Counted from the stretch's first letter, positions 23,326 through 39,100 are shown. The stretch: 64,000 nt of DNA from Tubulanus polymorphus (GCF_964204645.1 NC_134029.1:6076001-6140000); one strand, 5' to 3'. Program-made: numbers and translations. The notes: generated by a model not told the origin, from the sequence alone.

Positions 23326-23934
23326 CCAGTCCCAGTTTCCGCGCAAAAATAACCGGACACGATAAACAAGTCGATTGAAAAACGGATAAAAGTTGTTACA
23401 CCTTGGAATTTACTTCATAATTGCTACTAACGATCCCCCTTCCTGTTCCGTATCAGGAAATATCAATCATCGACAAATTCGTTTTATGGCTAAAATCGTC
23501 CATTAAAACGCGCTCAATCCGTCTGATAGCAACTAAACAGTTGTAAAGGTGCTAACATTTATCGGCGTAATTACATCCTGATTATCTTCGCACCAACGCG
23601 ACAAGTGAGCACCATCTTCATCTCGACTATGCTGAGCACACATTTGTCTAAATTACCGCGTTGAAATTGTGTTAATGCGCCCTTAAAACTTCCAAGGGTA
23701 TTCTAAAGCAAATTGGATTTTGCGCTCCCACTGAGAAATTAATTCGACTTCATTTTGGATTGCCTCCTTTCTTTGATTGAGAAACCTCGAATTGGAAAAT
23801 CTTTATACCCAGTACGAATAGAGTCAACAAATTTAACCCCGCAGCACTGGATCAAAAATGTTGATTTCGTAAGATTAATTTTATTCTACGTTGTTTTGCT
23901 CTGTGGTAATCAGAGTAATAGCCGCGACCAAACG

Positions 23935-23975
23935 GAGACGATTTGACCCGGGCCAAATTGGTCGCGTGTGAATAG
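23935..23975. mobile_element. Fragment of the same family as the 20277-20535 element
   Basis: ggagacgatttgacccg matches the reverse complement of cgggccaaatcgtctcc (20506-20522) at 16/17; followed by gggccaaatt...cgtgtgaa. Confidence 0.5.
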
Positions 23976-26224
23976 TTGTTCAATAGTTCAATAGTTGTTG
24001 AATGTATTCGGTATGGTTCTCCGCAGTCCATAAAGAGAAAGGTCAGCACTAAAATTATTCGCCTAATTGAAAATAACGAAGGACAAATCAGCCTTGGCAA
24101 ATTATCCTTGACTCTCAAGATAATTGTCTTTTTAAACTCGGAGATAAACGCAAATAAGATCCACCGGTTTTATGGCTTTATCGTGGTCATCTTAACACAC
24201 ATTCCCCCACAAGAGTATCGCAGATAGGCGATGAAAATACTGCAAGAAAATCTCATTGCGCGCCGCCCCATCCATAGCACTCTAAAAATTGGTTGAAATT
24301 GGAGACAACATTTTTCATGCAGAGTGGAAAAATTCATTCGCAGAAAATCAACTGAATATGTATCATTTGCGATAAAACCACAAGCTTCGTCGATGTATGA
24401 TAACGGCATGTTTTCCACAGTATTGAATCCACAGGTTCGAGTTTCTATTTCCTATATAACGGTTGTGAAAATATTCGATCTTTTTTTATCTACACAGTAG
24501 TCAAGATATAAACCTTGTTCTTTTACAGCAACAAATGCTGTAAATATACTTATAAACCGATCTGCACATCATTTGCCGACGAGTTGTTTTTTTAGCGTCT
24601 ACTGTGCCCTCTTGAGACGAGTGTTAAATCGGAAGTTGGATCATGTTATTTCGTGTTATATCATGTTATATTTATTTACGGCTGAGTAATTGCACCATGA
24701 GCCGGTGTAGTTGCCGCTTCCCGCAAATCAGATGTTCGTTATTAGAAACACCAGATTTTCGGTTTGATCGCGGAATGAGATGTTGTTGATTGATAAGAAT
24801 TAATCGGATTGCCGCCCTATGTAATCCTCGACATCCTTCTTCCGCACTTTTACGATTTAGGTTCATAGCGAAGATATAGAACATGCAATGGTTAACTGCT
24901 CACAACAACGGACAACACGCAACATAAAACCGAGATCAATGTCACAAACTGTCTTAAGACTTCAAGGTTCAATTCGAGATTTTTATATCATTTCTAATTG
25001 ACATTTTTCTTTTAAAAAGAAGAAGAATTCGGCTTTAAGCATAACATTTAAACTACAACGACATTACGAGAATATTGAAATCGGACTATATTAACCTTAT
25101 CGTTAGAATCTTTACCTCGCGGAGTCGTTTTTTATTCCGACATTCGAAAGAATGCAGGAATGTAGAGTTCTTACTGTTATAAACACAAATTGTATCCGGC
25201 GAATTCGAAGCGCGTCTTGTAAATAATTCATTATATCGAATTCTAACATGATTAAGACCACGCTGAGATCATAGATGATGGATCGCGGTCCACGCGAAGG
25301 AACCGTTATTAAACAACCACTCCACGATCGTTTTGAGTATAAAAAGAGATTCTATGGGACTCGCTGTCGCATCCACACGTCACCGCAGACACGCTCACAA
25401 ATACGATTACGGAGTTGAGGATATTCGATAGAATAACATGAAAAGACCAACTCATGAAGGGGAATATCTTGAAGTATCATATTACAACTTTCGTTCTTCC
25501 ATCTCGACCGACTAATGATAGATCCTGACGACTTTGATCTCGAACGTTCAGGCGCCGTCGAATATCTGATGAAAAGAAAAAAACTTTCTATGACGGTCTG
25601 ATTCGATGAACGGCGCCATTATTTTCAACGGCATTTGATCGAAGTAACCAACGATGAATCATGTTAAGAAGTAGAAAGCGTCGTAGTTTGTCATTAGTTA
25701 GTCGCGACCAGTTAGTTATCTTCAACTCAGATAAGACTCCAGGAACGTTACGGAACTCCGTAATCCCAATACTGCTTAATACATGCTTTCATTTAGACAG
25801 AGCAAGGACTGTTTTATTAGAGTCTATGAAAGCAATCTGCAATAAAATCACATTATATTTTCGGGATGTTCAGACCGAAGGATTAATTGATTATCCAACA
25901 GGCGTTGTAAATGGGTCTGCACTGTCGAGTCCACTCGATAAGTAACATACATTACACGTGAACTTGGAAAATACCAAATCCTAGATTACGTTTATAGTCT
26001 AAAAATGTGGTTGTTCGTGCGCTTAAACAATTTTCACACGACACATGCGCACTTAAAATGGCACCTACGGATCAGCCATCAGCGTATCAGCGTTTTGTTT
26101 ATTCAGGAGTCGGGGAAAGTATTTGAATGACGTTCAAGTGTAAGAAGGTTTAGTTTAAAAATGCATAAGCGTATTGAGCGCATCATTTTAAGCGAATTAT
26201 GGCAGTTCTGTTGCTTTCAACGAC

Positions 26225-26437
26225 CAGGGGGAACTTCGGTTTTCGTAGCTAGTCGACTATAAGTGGTCGGAACTAATAACCGAACGCACTAGTTTGGTCG
26301 TAACGTATACAGTCGGCCCTCTTGGAACTGGGCCCGAACCACAGCGACCGTGCTCAATCCCGTGGTCGACAAGTTCCGACTAATTGACATTCGGTTTCAT
26401 TTACTTCGACTAACTCCGATAACCTAAGTTCGCCCTG
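26225..26437. mobile_element. MITE-like element with ~32-bp TIRs beginning CAGGG
   Basis: Left cagggggaacttcggttttcgtagctagtcga vs right reverse complement cagggcgaacttaggttatcggagttagtcga (27/32). No clear TSD. Confidence 0.75.
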
Positions 26438-29400
26438 AATGCTTATTTCAAGAACTTATTCCAAATTGGAACGTAGTTCTCGGAAATCGTGGAATGGTAT
26501 TTACGGCTGAATTATATGAGTCAAAGGAATTTCAGATTTCGATTTATAGTTGCATGTAATGACGGTGTGAAGCATTTTATATATCGGGGTTAGAAGCGAG
26601 ATTAACGTGAGTTGTGATACACGACACCACATCAGTTCAGGGACGAATCGTCAAATCGATAGTTAGTAACGGCAAGATGTGGAGAGAAAGTGCGAAACGT
26701 TCAAGTGCCGCTTTTTATGAACCGTGGAAGAAAGGAATATTAGTCTCGCTGCAACGCTGAACATTTCATCCGGCATGATCATTTGTTCTTTAATTGAGAG
26801 CGTCGTGACGTTAATGTTAGAAGTACATCATGTTCAATTCTTTGCATAGCTCACGGCACTCCGCAATTTTCTCTCTGCCCCGACATGGCTGGGGATTTCG
26901 GCTGCGGTGTTCAAATCCACACGCGCGAGTTTTGGCGTGCTTTGTTTGTAGAAACTTATCTCGAGTTGACAGGAAGAGGCAGCTGGCAAAGTGTCAATCG
27001 AACTGGGACTCGCGAGAAGACGAGCTGAGAATGAACGTCTCACATGCCTTCTTTATCTAGGACGACACAGATCCCCAATGACCGACATAGAAGCCTTGGT
27101 GATTATTCTTACACGTGCGTTCTCATGTGACATCTCATAATTCATTTTTAAACCGGATTTGAATGCATTCGTGATTCGTGACGCGATTCTAAAATATTTT
27201 TTTTCCATATGGAATCTATCATTAGACAAATTAGTCATAGATTATACATACTTGAATATTCTTACTTAATCATTATTCTTTTCATTATTCATCATTCATG
27301 ATGTACGCGGATGTTGTCGCGGTGACCCGAATCTAGAGGTTTGGGCGTCGACGAAAACCCTTGGGAATTCTAAGAAGCCAACATTGTTGGATTTAATAAT
27401 CCGTCAAAATAATACTGTAAACGGAGTTTATAATTACCACAGATCCCCAAATCACCGGACGCGAATTCCCCTTCCCCGGACAAAACCGAAGCACATGTAC
27501 CCCCATTGCCTCTAGTCAGAATATTAATATTGACGTGTGTGAACTGTAAAATTGATTAATTAGCGATGAATTAATTCCCAATTGATTTCCTAGATTGGAG
27601 TTGGTCAATATTGCGATTTGTATGTACATGCATGTACATACTTATTTGTATATAATGTACTAACTTCGATAAGGTATGGTTGTTGCGGACCCGAGTAATT
27701 TCCATTCTATTCATTGCTAAATACTGATAGCTTATTCTGATTAATTGAGAGACCAAGCGTTGATATTTAGATTCTGGTGGCGAAAACCCGATAAAATGTT
27801 TATGATGAGCTAGACGCAGTCGGCGCAATGTAGTGAATATAGTGGTCAGTCAAAACTCTTACAGCGATCGTTAATTTATCTGATCGAATTCAGCCATCTC
27901 GACGCCAGACGTGAGCGTTTAATTAGCTGATTGAATAGCCCGTCAATTTATCGACCGAGTCTGGTCGATCGAATTGATCAAGCATCCTGAATTGTTAATC
28001 TTTTTTTATTTTTTTTTTGTCCGCGTATCAATTTCTTCGTAAATGTCTTTAGTCGCGCCTTGTAGTAATCATTTCGTCTACGCTCCAAGGCCGCGCCGGG
28101 AACAGTGACAAATTTGCTGTGGTCTGGAATTATTTTGCCGGCTCCGACTGCTACGGCATTAATTTGATTAAACGACTGATTTACCGGAGTCGTTAAAACC
28201 GAAAAGACGTCTCGCTTTAATCCCCGAGAGAATTGCTCGGATGCCCGGCGGTATTCGTTCGAAACAATCTCCCCGTAACAAGTCGACGACGCCCATATTG
28301 GTATAAAACTTCTAAATTGAAGAAAATCGTGTTAAGCGGGGTTGAATTTTATGGCATTGGCTTTTGGGTATTGCAAGCTTCGACATGTTTTATTTCATTT
28401 AATTACGCCGTCTATTTGTCACTTGATCGACGGTAAACATCAAGTCTCCTAAATTTGGAATACAGAAACAATTTTTTCCGTTTTATATGGCTTCGAGTGA
28501 CATCTTAAATGTTGATTCTTTTATCTATCTTGCTCAAAAACAAAATCTATTCAATGCACTACAATTTTTATATGTTTAATCTAATTCTTGAACGTACGTT
28601 GAAATAAGGTCGAGAGTTTTAACTAAATTGATTTACCAAACTACGATGATTTATGGCGCAGCACAGAACGCATTTTTCTTTTCATTTTTAATGAATAACT
28701 ATGAATAATCATCAACCATTTTGCATTTGAATCAAGTGTCTCGCCGATGACAAAAAGTGCGTCAACGGTATTGAAAAGGCTAATGGCATTTTCACTTTTT
28801 AACTCCTTCTTTTGCGGTTTTCGTCGCGTTCCGCTGCGGTTTTTAAAGAAATAAAATAATGTCAACGATTCCTGCAAAGTTCCAGCTGTTACTGAATAGA
28901 AACATAACTAAACCAAATATTATATCATTACACAATGCAAATCCCACAATGGATTCCGTTGATAATATAACGCAATTGAATAAAAGAGTGGTTTAATCAA
29001 TAACACACTGACGGGGTCTTTTTATCTAAAAATACACACATACCCCATAAAGATCACGGTCGCTTTTTCTGAACGTTTCAGATTTTAGATTTCTTAAGTC
29101 ATATCGAAATCGAGTTTGTTTCATTGACAAATGATAAATTACTCTAGACGTAAAACCGGCTCAACACTGTGAGCACATGAAATGTAAGTCCGACAATCAC
29201 ACGATCGAAAAAAACTGTAAGCACTTGTTTCAATAAGAGGCACATGCTTATGGTTATTCATAGTTGAAAGGCCATTTGGGAGATTCTTTTCCAGTTTTCT
29301 TGCGGCGCGTACGTTTCGAGCAATTTGTTTCAATTTCTGTTGTTGTCGTGAGAGGTCTCAAGCATATCAAATGCAAATGAGTGCAAAGAATGAAAAGAAT

Positions 29401-29965
29401 TCGCGATACGTGTTCGTTCGTCGTCAATGAAAGAACTCAACAAGAAATTGAAATATTGATATAGGGTATATAATGTATTGTAATTTTGGATCGTTAGAAA
29501 CCACTCAATGATTTCTTTTACGTTCGTGTAGAAGCGAGAACAAAATGATAAACGATTGAGCCTTATATATCCTCATAAAACCTGCTCATTGGTTTTACCT
29601 GGTAAAAAGAGGATTTCAAACCTAGGACGTAAACGAATAGGAAACAGCATGATTAAGAATTGATACTGTTAATATCGCTATACCTTATAACTTTAGACAT
29701 AGAGCACCCTCGTTAAATACTTGTCCTTTTTAGATACTATCTCAATGAATACTGTTTGCAATAATACCTTATTGATTTATACAATCGTATTTAATATAGG
29801 TGCCAGTTTCTATGACACGATTTTGTTGGAAACTCATCAATCAATTTCAAAATGAGAAGCAAATAAAAAAACCAATGCATTGCAACATATCAAAGAACGA
29901 GTTATTAACGGACTTATATAGTTGAATGAATATCGTACTAGAGTTACTAAAGTATAGCCTCCTAC

Positions 29966-30190
29966 CTTGACTTGACAGATGAATAAAGTTTTGGCGTCGT
30001 CTTAAAGCTCCTCGTCCTGGTCGATGTTATTCCCACTACTGCCGTTAAGTATCTATATAATAACCACGTGCGGCGTTCTTCTTTATATACGCGCTATAAT
30101 GAACGCTGCAACTTTTTAAATACGTATTATAGATCCCGAAAGCCTGTTACGAAAGGGACATATGGCACGCGGTCTTTACGCTGATTGGTC
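29966..30190 (-). promoter_or_regulatory. Candidate promoter and non-coding first exon of LGIC-A
   Basis: The minus strand carries CCAATC (30188-30183), a TATA box GTATATAAAG (30090-30081), an E-box CACGTG (30065-30070) and a CAAG|GTAGG donor at 29966/29965. The first coding exon has an upstream acceptor (ttgcag at ~19022) that needs a donor. The link is inferred. Confidence 0.45.
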
Positions 30191-33100
30191 GATCGCGCGG
30201 TTTCCTCCATCCAGACCCTGGAGTAAATACCGTCGCGATCGCGTTTAAAACTTCGCTAGTTCTGGGATATGGAGAGTAAGTGCAGTGGGAGGCCGACGCA
30301 ACACGGCTGGGAACGCGAAGCTACACCGATGGCGTGATTGCAATTTCATCCACTCTCCTGATGATCGAGAGAGCGGCGAAATCTGAGGGGCACGAACAGC
30401 CGCGTTGCAGTATCAATGCAACGACGTGAATGCATTTTGCGTCGATTTATCCCATTTCCAGAACGACTAGCAAAACGCGGATCCGATTTAAGATTAGTGG
30501 TAATCATTCCGTTCGATTCTTCAAAGATCACTAAGGGCGACCGAGTAAAATGATAAACGGTTACGCTAAGCGTTTGTTGATGATGTCATCAATTCTGCAT
30601 TATCTGACAACGTTAAAATATCAAAACGGAACGCTGGAGTACGTCAGTTCTATTCTATCAATTCTATATACGCGGGAAAACGATGAGAATAAAAGATACC
30701 CCCTGGACCCACGCCTAGAGCGCTATGGACTGGAGTAATGATGGTAAGGGTAATAACGACAACTGATAAAACGACACTTATATAGCGTATGACAATAAAG
30801 ATCTTTATTCGTTTCTTCAAGGGAGCGATGTAGGAACATTAAACCATTATTTTATATCAGATTTACTAAGGACAATGCGTGAAAGCTAAACCCCGGTGGA
30901 ACTAGTTGATATACGTGATCTTAACGTCAAACATCAAGTGCGTTTTCCACTTATTATGTGAAGAAAATATAAAAAATCGCATTTAGTAATATATATTCAG
31001 CGAGAGATGACGTTTGATGTCCGATGCATTTGCCGCATATGTGCATCCAAGCGATAAGACCATGTCCGAAACTTATTAATCACGATAACCCCCACTATGC
31101 GACACTTACAATGCAGCACAATATTACGGTCCGCATGATAAAAAGTGATTACGCCGAGAAAACCTTATCGTTTCTGATTGATTAGGCCATAATGGTGAGT
31201 GGAGATGAAACGATGACCACTCGACATGCAGGACGTGATATTAAGCGCGCGGCCCGATAGCTAATAAATAAAAACAAGTTCATTTCTGATGCATAGGAAA
31301 AGTGGCGATTAAGTATCTCGTCCAAAACGCAGCTGATTACAAAAATACCATGTCAGTGCGCGAGCTGTATACCAGACACATTTACAGAAGTTTATGTACC
31401 TATCGACGTATAAACTAGATTAAGTTTAGATCTAGTTTATACGTCCGTGATGTATCAGAGCACACACATACATGTACGTAACTTGAATTTCACACGTCTT
31501 CATATCGCTATAATTGATCTTGCGGATGCAGGCCCTCAGATAAGTGAGCGTGATTTATCCGTAGGGATAAAACTGGCCTTGGATGTTTTCATCCACCGGC
31601 AGTATATCCTTAGAGATAGTCGGCATAGAAATACTTCTTTTCTCGATATTATCCGGTACTTTTGAGTCGATAACGATGTTATAGCGAGTTATTCGCAGAG
31701 TTCAATGACTCAACATTTAAGCATCAAACGTACGAAAGGAGACGGTTATGGGGTAGGGGCATAATTCCAACGCGAAGATGATACAAGAATGTATGTAACC
31801 TGTTGAATAATGATGCACTGTGGGTTCGAAGGTTCAGACGATGCGTTTACCTTTTGGCTTCAGATGCGCAAGATTGCGGCAATGTTTATGAGCTTTCGTG
31901 CTCGAGACGGACGAGGGAACAATCGATTACCCGTGGGGTTAATTCTGAGGTTATAACCGAAGTGAGGACTGCAGCAATAACATTCTCTGGGAATCATAAA
32001 AACGACCACTGCATGAATGAGATTAGTTATAACAGGGAGGTGGTTAAATCTAGGTAAATCTTGGTGAAACGCTGTAACAGATGAGAAAAAAGTACTTCGT
32101 TGAAAATGGTCTATGATGGCACCTCATACGTTTCAGAAAAGTTTATTTTTGCAAGACAGCAACTAAAAGTTTGTAAAACAATTAGAAAGTGAAAGTTTTG
32201 AAGTGAATTTTCGAATTCAAACCATCAATGATTTTCAAACTCGGAGTAAACGTCGAAAATATCTTATAGATTATGTCTACGACGCTTCCATTAATCTAAT
32301 GAATACGATGATAGAGGTCTATGACCCGGACCAGTTTGCCGTATGATGGGGGAATGTGAAGATTACTGATGGAAATGTCACCATCCACAATTTCGCATGT
32401 CTTTGTCATTTAGCTTTTGCGATGGTATATCGGGATCATCACGCCTAATTATAGTTCTGTCGCGTGTATACCGTCGTCTACTAGTCTGTCTGGCCGTTCA
32501 CGCAAATTGTTCCTCTATGCGTCGATCGCCACCTTCTGTTTCGATTAACACGTTGTGGTGTGTAACCATACCGGGACTAATTGGAGTGAACTTCCACGGA
32601 AGGACGGGGTGTGATAGAAATCATTCAAGGCGTTTGCCTGTGTATAGCTGATGAACTGTTTAAGCTGCTGATGAGCTGATGAAATGTTTGTCTCTGTTCT
32701 ACTCGGAAGTGGGAACGAAATTCGAAAATGTTTTGATAATTTGTCTGTACTTAATTTTTGTAAAGCATAAGCAATAAACGATATAATGATATTGTTTATT
32801 GAGTCAAAGTTTAACTTAACTTGTATGACATAATGAAAATTATAAATTGACTTATTAGCACCGGTATAAATGACTCGCTTTCTACATTGTGGATCGTAAA
32901 TGAGTAATGCCTTTTAATTAACCATTTATAATTGACCCTCAGCTCAGAAATCGAGGAATAAATGGTTAAATTATGGACTTGTCTTGTAATAGAAAAACAA
33001 TAGAAAACTACTCGGGGGACATCGTTTTGTATCGTCATTGGAGGTTACCAGCCCAAAAGCGAATATGAAGAAACCCTGCAATAACCAGAGATTAGCGGTA

Positions 33101-36100
33101 TAACTAATTAATCTTCGTAAATTTGATAAGAATTTTATACTTACAATGACGAGCCACCACTGGTTCTACACGTAAGTACATTAGATTACGATTACCGTAT
33201 AATTTTTTTTCTATACGTACTTGTGCTTAATGCAATCTGTAATAAATTATGCAGAGATAATTGTACCGTGCAAATTAATTTTTGTTCGAACGAAATTGAA
33301 TTTAGGGATTGTCATTTGCAGTATTGAATCTAAGACTAATATGGTTTGAATTTGACATGAGTAGTACGATCAAATTCCATTTCACCATCGCATAGATCGC
33401 ACGATCTAAATTATCATCAATTATTATGATTCGGATAGCAAAAATACAAATTATAATAATTGACATCTCTTTTATGAAATATTCAATTCAACTACGTTCC
33501 GGTATTTTTTTCTTCGCTCTATTCTCATTGGAAGACACTCATATTGCTTTCGACAAAAAATAGATTTACAGCCATCATTCGAAGACAATTATGAAGAGAT
33601 GAAAAACTAAAAAACCTATATATCCGAATATTAGATTACTGCCACTAAAATCAACATTTTACTTGTAGTAGATTTATTTTCCATTTCGTCAAATTATCGA
33701 CATACAATTGGATTCTATTGACACGTTGATAAAAAAATTGTTCACTCCTTTTGAAATAAACTATTAATAATCTATGGAAAATATCGAATATTTCAATTAT
33801 TTACGAAGCACTCGGGCTAATGAGGATGCGACTATTGTTGCTGCAATCGCCGCGCATGCGATGAAATAAACTGGGTTGAGAGCCTCGATAACAAACGATA
33901 TCGTACACAATACCCGCCCAATAATTAACGAAATATTGTATTAGATTAAGGTCTCTCTTTGCAAGTTGACTTTGAACTTCGAAGATCTTCACGCAGTCCT
34001 AAAGGAGATATGGAAAGTAATGTGTGTACAAATATAATATTCATCACTTGAATCCAATTGAATCTTTAAGATCCCTGCTTTGTTATGTTAACTGCACCAA
34101 AACACAAGAATATATTTCAGAACGTTTCATTCCGTTAAAAAAACAAATTTCAAGCATTACAAGAACTCGGCAACCGATAGTATATTTGATTTTCAGTTGA
34201 ATATCGCATTCAAACTTTTGGATGTTATTTAGTTGTGTCAGTGTTCGAGCTCATAAAGTTTAGATGACGCCATTTAAGGAATATTATGTTATTCCGAACC
34301 AGTAAAATTAATTACCATTTTTATCTTGACATTCACACGGTATCAAATAACGAAGTAGCCTTCCCAAACTTGAAATCTCTTCGGTGTCGTTGATTTAGAA
34401 TAGAAATGTATCTGAATTCCCCTCCCCCTTTTCCAGATCATTTTATGATCTGTAATTACGCACAAAAAATAGCATCATCGTATACCAGACACTGGAGTAC
34501 CAGTGGGAAGAATAGTACCTGAACGTCTACTTTCGCGTATTACTGCCGTATATTACACAAACCAGAAAAAAACGAGAGAGACTGAAAATGACGAGTGAGA
34601 CTGGCTGCGTAACCAGCTCACGCCACAATCCTATAACGATGAGCACTCCTGATGGCGATAAGCACTCGAACATGGACACACTAGGCGAGTGGTTTGTAAA
34701 AGCTCGACTATAAAGTGCATTAATCCCTAATGATGAATATGGGATTAGGATGACGTTCTCTGTTCTGCGCCTCGAAAAATCTTTTTTTCCAATCTCAATA
34801 GTTTGATATATTCATATTGCATCGTGGAAAGTTACGAGAAGACGAGTGTTACTTATTCACAGGACGTGTCGAGATCGTTTTGCTTTCAAAACTATAAGTG
34901 CATTTTCGTCGACGTCTTTTTTCTTTTCTATTTTCAAAACTGTTATTAGTGTGCATTTCAAGTCACATTTTCTCAAGCATTTTCGATGGTACTCGACTCA
35001 AAATGTAACTGTCACCGAACAATGAACTGTTGCATCCGATGCGATGTGTTTAAATCGTCATACAGAAAATTCAAACAATCGAAGCCTTTTTCCCGAATGA
35101 ATGAACTGTTGAAAAGATGTCTTGTTGAAATGTAATTGCAAAGCGCCGAAGCGATATTGGCATGTTTTTCTTGGTATTTGACGATTCGTCCTCGTCGCCC
35201 CCGCCCATGTGTTTAGGATTTATAATTGCGAAGCGATTGCACGAATAAAAATGTTTATGATACCCCTTGCTCCGTGAGAATAAAACACCGAACTAGGTTT
35301 GCAGCAAAATTAAGAAGATTGTGTGATTGATCGATAAAGGTCATTTATTTACAGAAAAGCCGTACCTGCGTTAAAACACAATCGATAAGTAAAACGCCAG
35401 GTACCCGTACAGGAAACAAGCCCCCAATTGTTACTGTATACAGGAAACGTACCGACCGGATCTGAGGGTGTTTATGATATGCCTAACTAAGGCTGAATAA
35501 AGTTAATGTAACAAATAGCCAAGCCGTACGGCTAAGTAACTATATCGATAAAGCCGGGGCTCTGAGTTTAAATCCGTAAACGGGCCAACTGATAAAACAG
35601 TTCAATGCAGATGCCAGGTAAGAGTACACGTGGCATACTCCCAAAGTTACTGATGACGGAAAAGTTCAATTTTCAATTTAATTTAGTTACGCGCATTTCG
35701 TGTCGAAGGCTGCATACACTGGGTCACACCAGAGATACCGTTACAGCCAATATGAATAAAAGCCACATCATAATCGATGTCAGATGGCAGACATCTCTGA
35801 ATGGATGATCGACCGGGCATAATAGTTGCGCCACGAAAACCGAGAACTGTATGTCAACGCGATTGGATTCGAATCCTTAATTAGGAAAAGATTAATACTT
35901 ATTCAGCCTGTGTATATAAACGAATTCCCGAGGACCACAATTCTAACTGCCATGATTGAAAGAATTTACGTTATACGTACTCTCGCAGTATATAAATCAT
36001 ATACGAACGTAAAATAGCAGTGTAAATAACAACTAACTTCCTAATTGATCCTCGTCAGACGATAGAACTTTCTAATCAAATATAACTTTTTAATAAAGTA

Positions 36101-39100
36101 AGTTCTCCATATCATTTAATCATTCTCTTGTAAATTGATTTCAACCTACATGATTTGGAGAACCCTAACTGTCTGTCTCCGATTAATTATGATATTATGT
36201 TAATTTTGTCATAAAAGTTGTAATACTTTGACAATAAAGTTTATATACATAATAAAACATATGCGTCTAGGAAACTCAGACGGACTGAATCGCCACGACG
36301 TTACTCAGTGGGCGGAGTTCAACAAGTGATAAGACACGTGTTTGATCACGTGATAGATAAACTACGCTGGCTCTCATAAAACATTTATTTCCTAACGTAA
36401 ATAAAATTCCTTTACCATATCCTCATTGCTTATGCAATATTTCGTTTTTTCGCGAATGCATATTCTCAACCAGCTCCATCGCTGATGTGATTAGGATGCA
36501 TTGCTTACAGAAAAACAGAACAATAACAACTGGCCGGCATTTGAAATTTATAACGTCTGGACTTTTGTATTCGCAATATATCATTTGTCAAGTTAAAAAT
36601 GAAATAATGATACAAATAGCCATATTCTCTCCAATGATCTAATATCTTTCCTCGAATTTTGCAAATTATCTACTAAATGTTTAAGAGTTCGGACCAATTA
36701 ATGGGATACTTTTGAAAATGATTTTAGAATGCATTTATCTTGTTATGCGATGTTAGATTTTTCATCGAGTTAACTACCGCTTAAAATGCGTTCGGGTGAT
36801 TTTTCAGGAAAATTGTCAACCACAATTGCGACTATAATGACATTGGAATCAGTTTAATAATCATCGTCGTGTACAGCCGAACTTAGAAGCCATAATAAAA
36901 AGCTCGTGAGAGCTGGGGCTATTTCCGGCTGGTTTTATCGCAGACATTCGTGACGCTTGGTCTGGTTCACCAACGCGGACGAATTCATTAATAATCGATA
37001 GTGACATCCGAAAATTGTCAGCCATGACGGGCAAGTGCATCTTCTTCAGAATTCAGGCGATGAGGCTCTTACACGCGGATGTAGAGAAATATGACGGTGG
37101 TTTAGGACAAACGGAACTCTATCGTGTCCTTGATCCTGGTTGAAGTATGTCACGTGCTCCATGCTCCAACACTCGAGAGGAATCATTCGCGTTTTTGTCA
37201 TTTTGTCTGTGTAATTCGTTTTGGTTTCGGTGAATTTCAAATCGTGCATAATTGCCATTTCAATCACGATCTCAGGACTCCATCCGTCAGTTCAGTGCGG
37301 TGCACTTAACTCGTTTACTCAATCTCTCAACGGGCTATCTTTATTATTTTTTGTCCTCTGCGGAAATACCCGCATTCAGTCGAGACTGCACCAGTTTAAT
37401 GGATGAATGTCAATATCGTGACGTTTTCAATCGAATTTATGCGCCATGTTCCCTTGTTTTGGAACGCAAAAAAATCGCACGCAATGTTATTTTCGTTGCC
37501 TGGGTTCCAGCCGACGCCATTTTGGTCTCTCATAAAACATTCGTATTCGCAATAACAAAAAGGACACAATTCAATCTATTTTGTTTTACATGACAGCTCT
37601 TTTTACGATCAATGTGCCACGTCAAATCCACATTGCACAACACACACACAAAAGACCATTCAACGTTGCGCTTAAAACAAATATATATCCTTTTTAAATT
37701 TTCATTAATGCATGTTAGTGATTTACTTGAAATTTTCAAGTGCCTTTTTAATGTGTAAACATATGGTATTTTACGCCCCATATATGGCTAGGCTTCTATG
37801 ATTATGTAACCAGCAGTCGGGGAAGAAATAAAATGATAGTTCGGTAACAGTTGCATGCGTGTATTTCGGTTTTGTGGTCCCCGCTATTACTTTGACGTAT
37901 ATTTCGTTGCAGTCGATCGACTTTCGTGCTTTTTTCTCTATCCAAATTAACCCAAAAGTAGTATCCTAGCTCTGAGGACTGACAAAGTGTTGATTGGTGT
38001 AAAATTCATTTAATGAATCCGATAGAAGTGCCATTCACGACCAAGCATATAGTAAACTAACGAGCGGGTTTGAGAAACAGTCAGTGGGAGGCGAGTGGAT
38101 AGGTCCGGTATCAATGACATGTCACGGCCATCGCTCACTGAATCGATTTCATTAGGTTGATTATTAGTCACAAAATGATACGTATATAAAACCACGCGAA
38201 TGTAAATTATAATTTTAAGTAGCAATTAGAAGATTCCAAGGATGGAAATAAAGATTCATAGGTGTCGACAAAATTTTTCATTAGACGTGCGCGTTCAATT
38301 TGTACATACAAAAGATCTATATTTACAAGTTTCAGGTTTTGGATTGATAATAGTGATTGAGTGAACGGTTAAGAACAACCAAAGTCGTCATGAACAATAT
38401 GAACACGAAGTATGTAAAGCTGCGTTCACGTAAAATCCGACTCCTCCGATATTGCAATTATCGTTTAATCAAAACTAATGTTTTCGGGGTGAAAGTTGGC
38501 CAATGGTTGATAATGAATAGATACGAAGAAGAGCGTATTGCTGGTAAAGATAATTCAAAACGACTTACTGAGTCTGATGAAACCGGCATTGGTTGGTAAT
38601 CCTTGCGGTGCGGCGTGCGCGGTTAGTTTATCACCAGAAATAACGGCACCACCACTTCAAGAGTTCACACGGTCGATTACTGGCATCGTCGGCAAAACTA
38701 ATGATACGCTACTGAGTAAAAAACGATATCGTATTGCATTAGTAAATGAAGAATCGTGTAATATATGATACAACGCTATTCGATGTATGGCTATGTAGTG
38801 ATATCCATCGGCCGGTTTCAAGGTTTCAGATGGCGGATATTCAGCCAACGGGGAACGCTAATTGATATCTTAATGAGCAATAAAAACATATGTGTCACGT
38901 GTGCAGGTCGAGTAAGGGCTACAAAACAACATGTAATATATATAAAATCTATTTCACGACTTCCAACGAATATCGAATTAACAACATAAATCACATGAGG
39001 AGAACTGCGATGGAATCCGTTCATTATCACTTTTAGACATATCATCAATACGACGGAGCAGCATTTTCTGTGATACAACCTCGATCGGACAACGGAAGTC

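Noticed and set aside
25264-25285. bantam-like seed TGAGATCA (also a miR-7-like TGGAAGAC at ~33529)
   Set aside because: Seed-only matches; the rest of the mature sequence and a precursor hairpin are absent.
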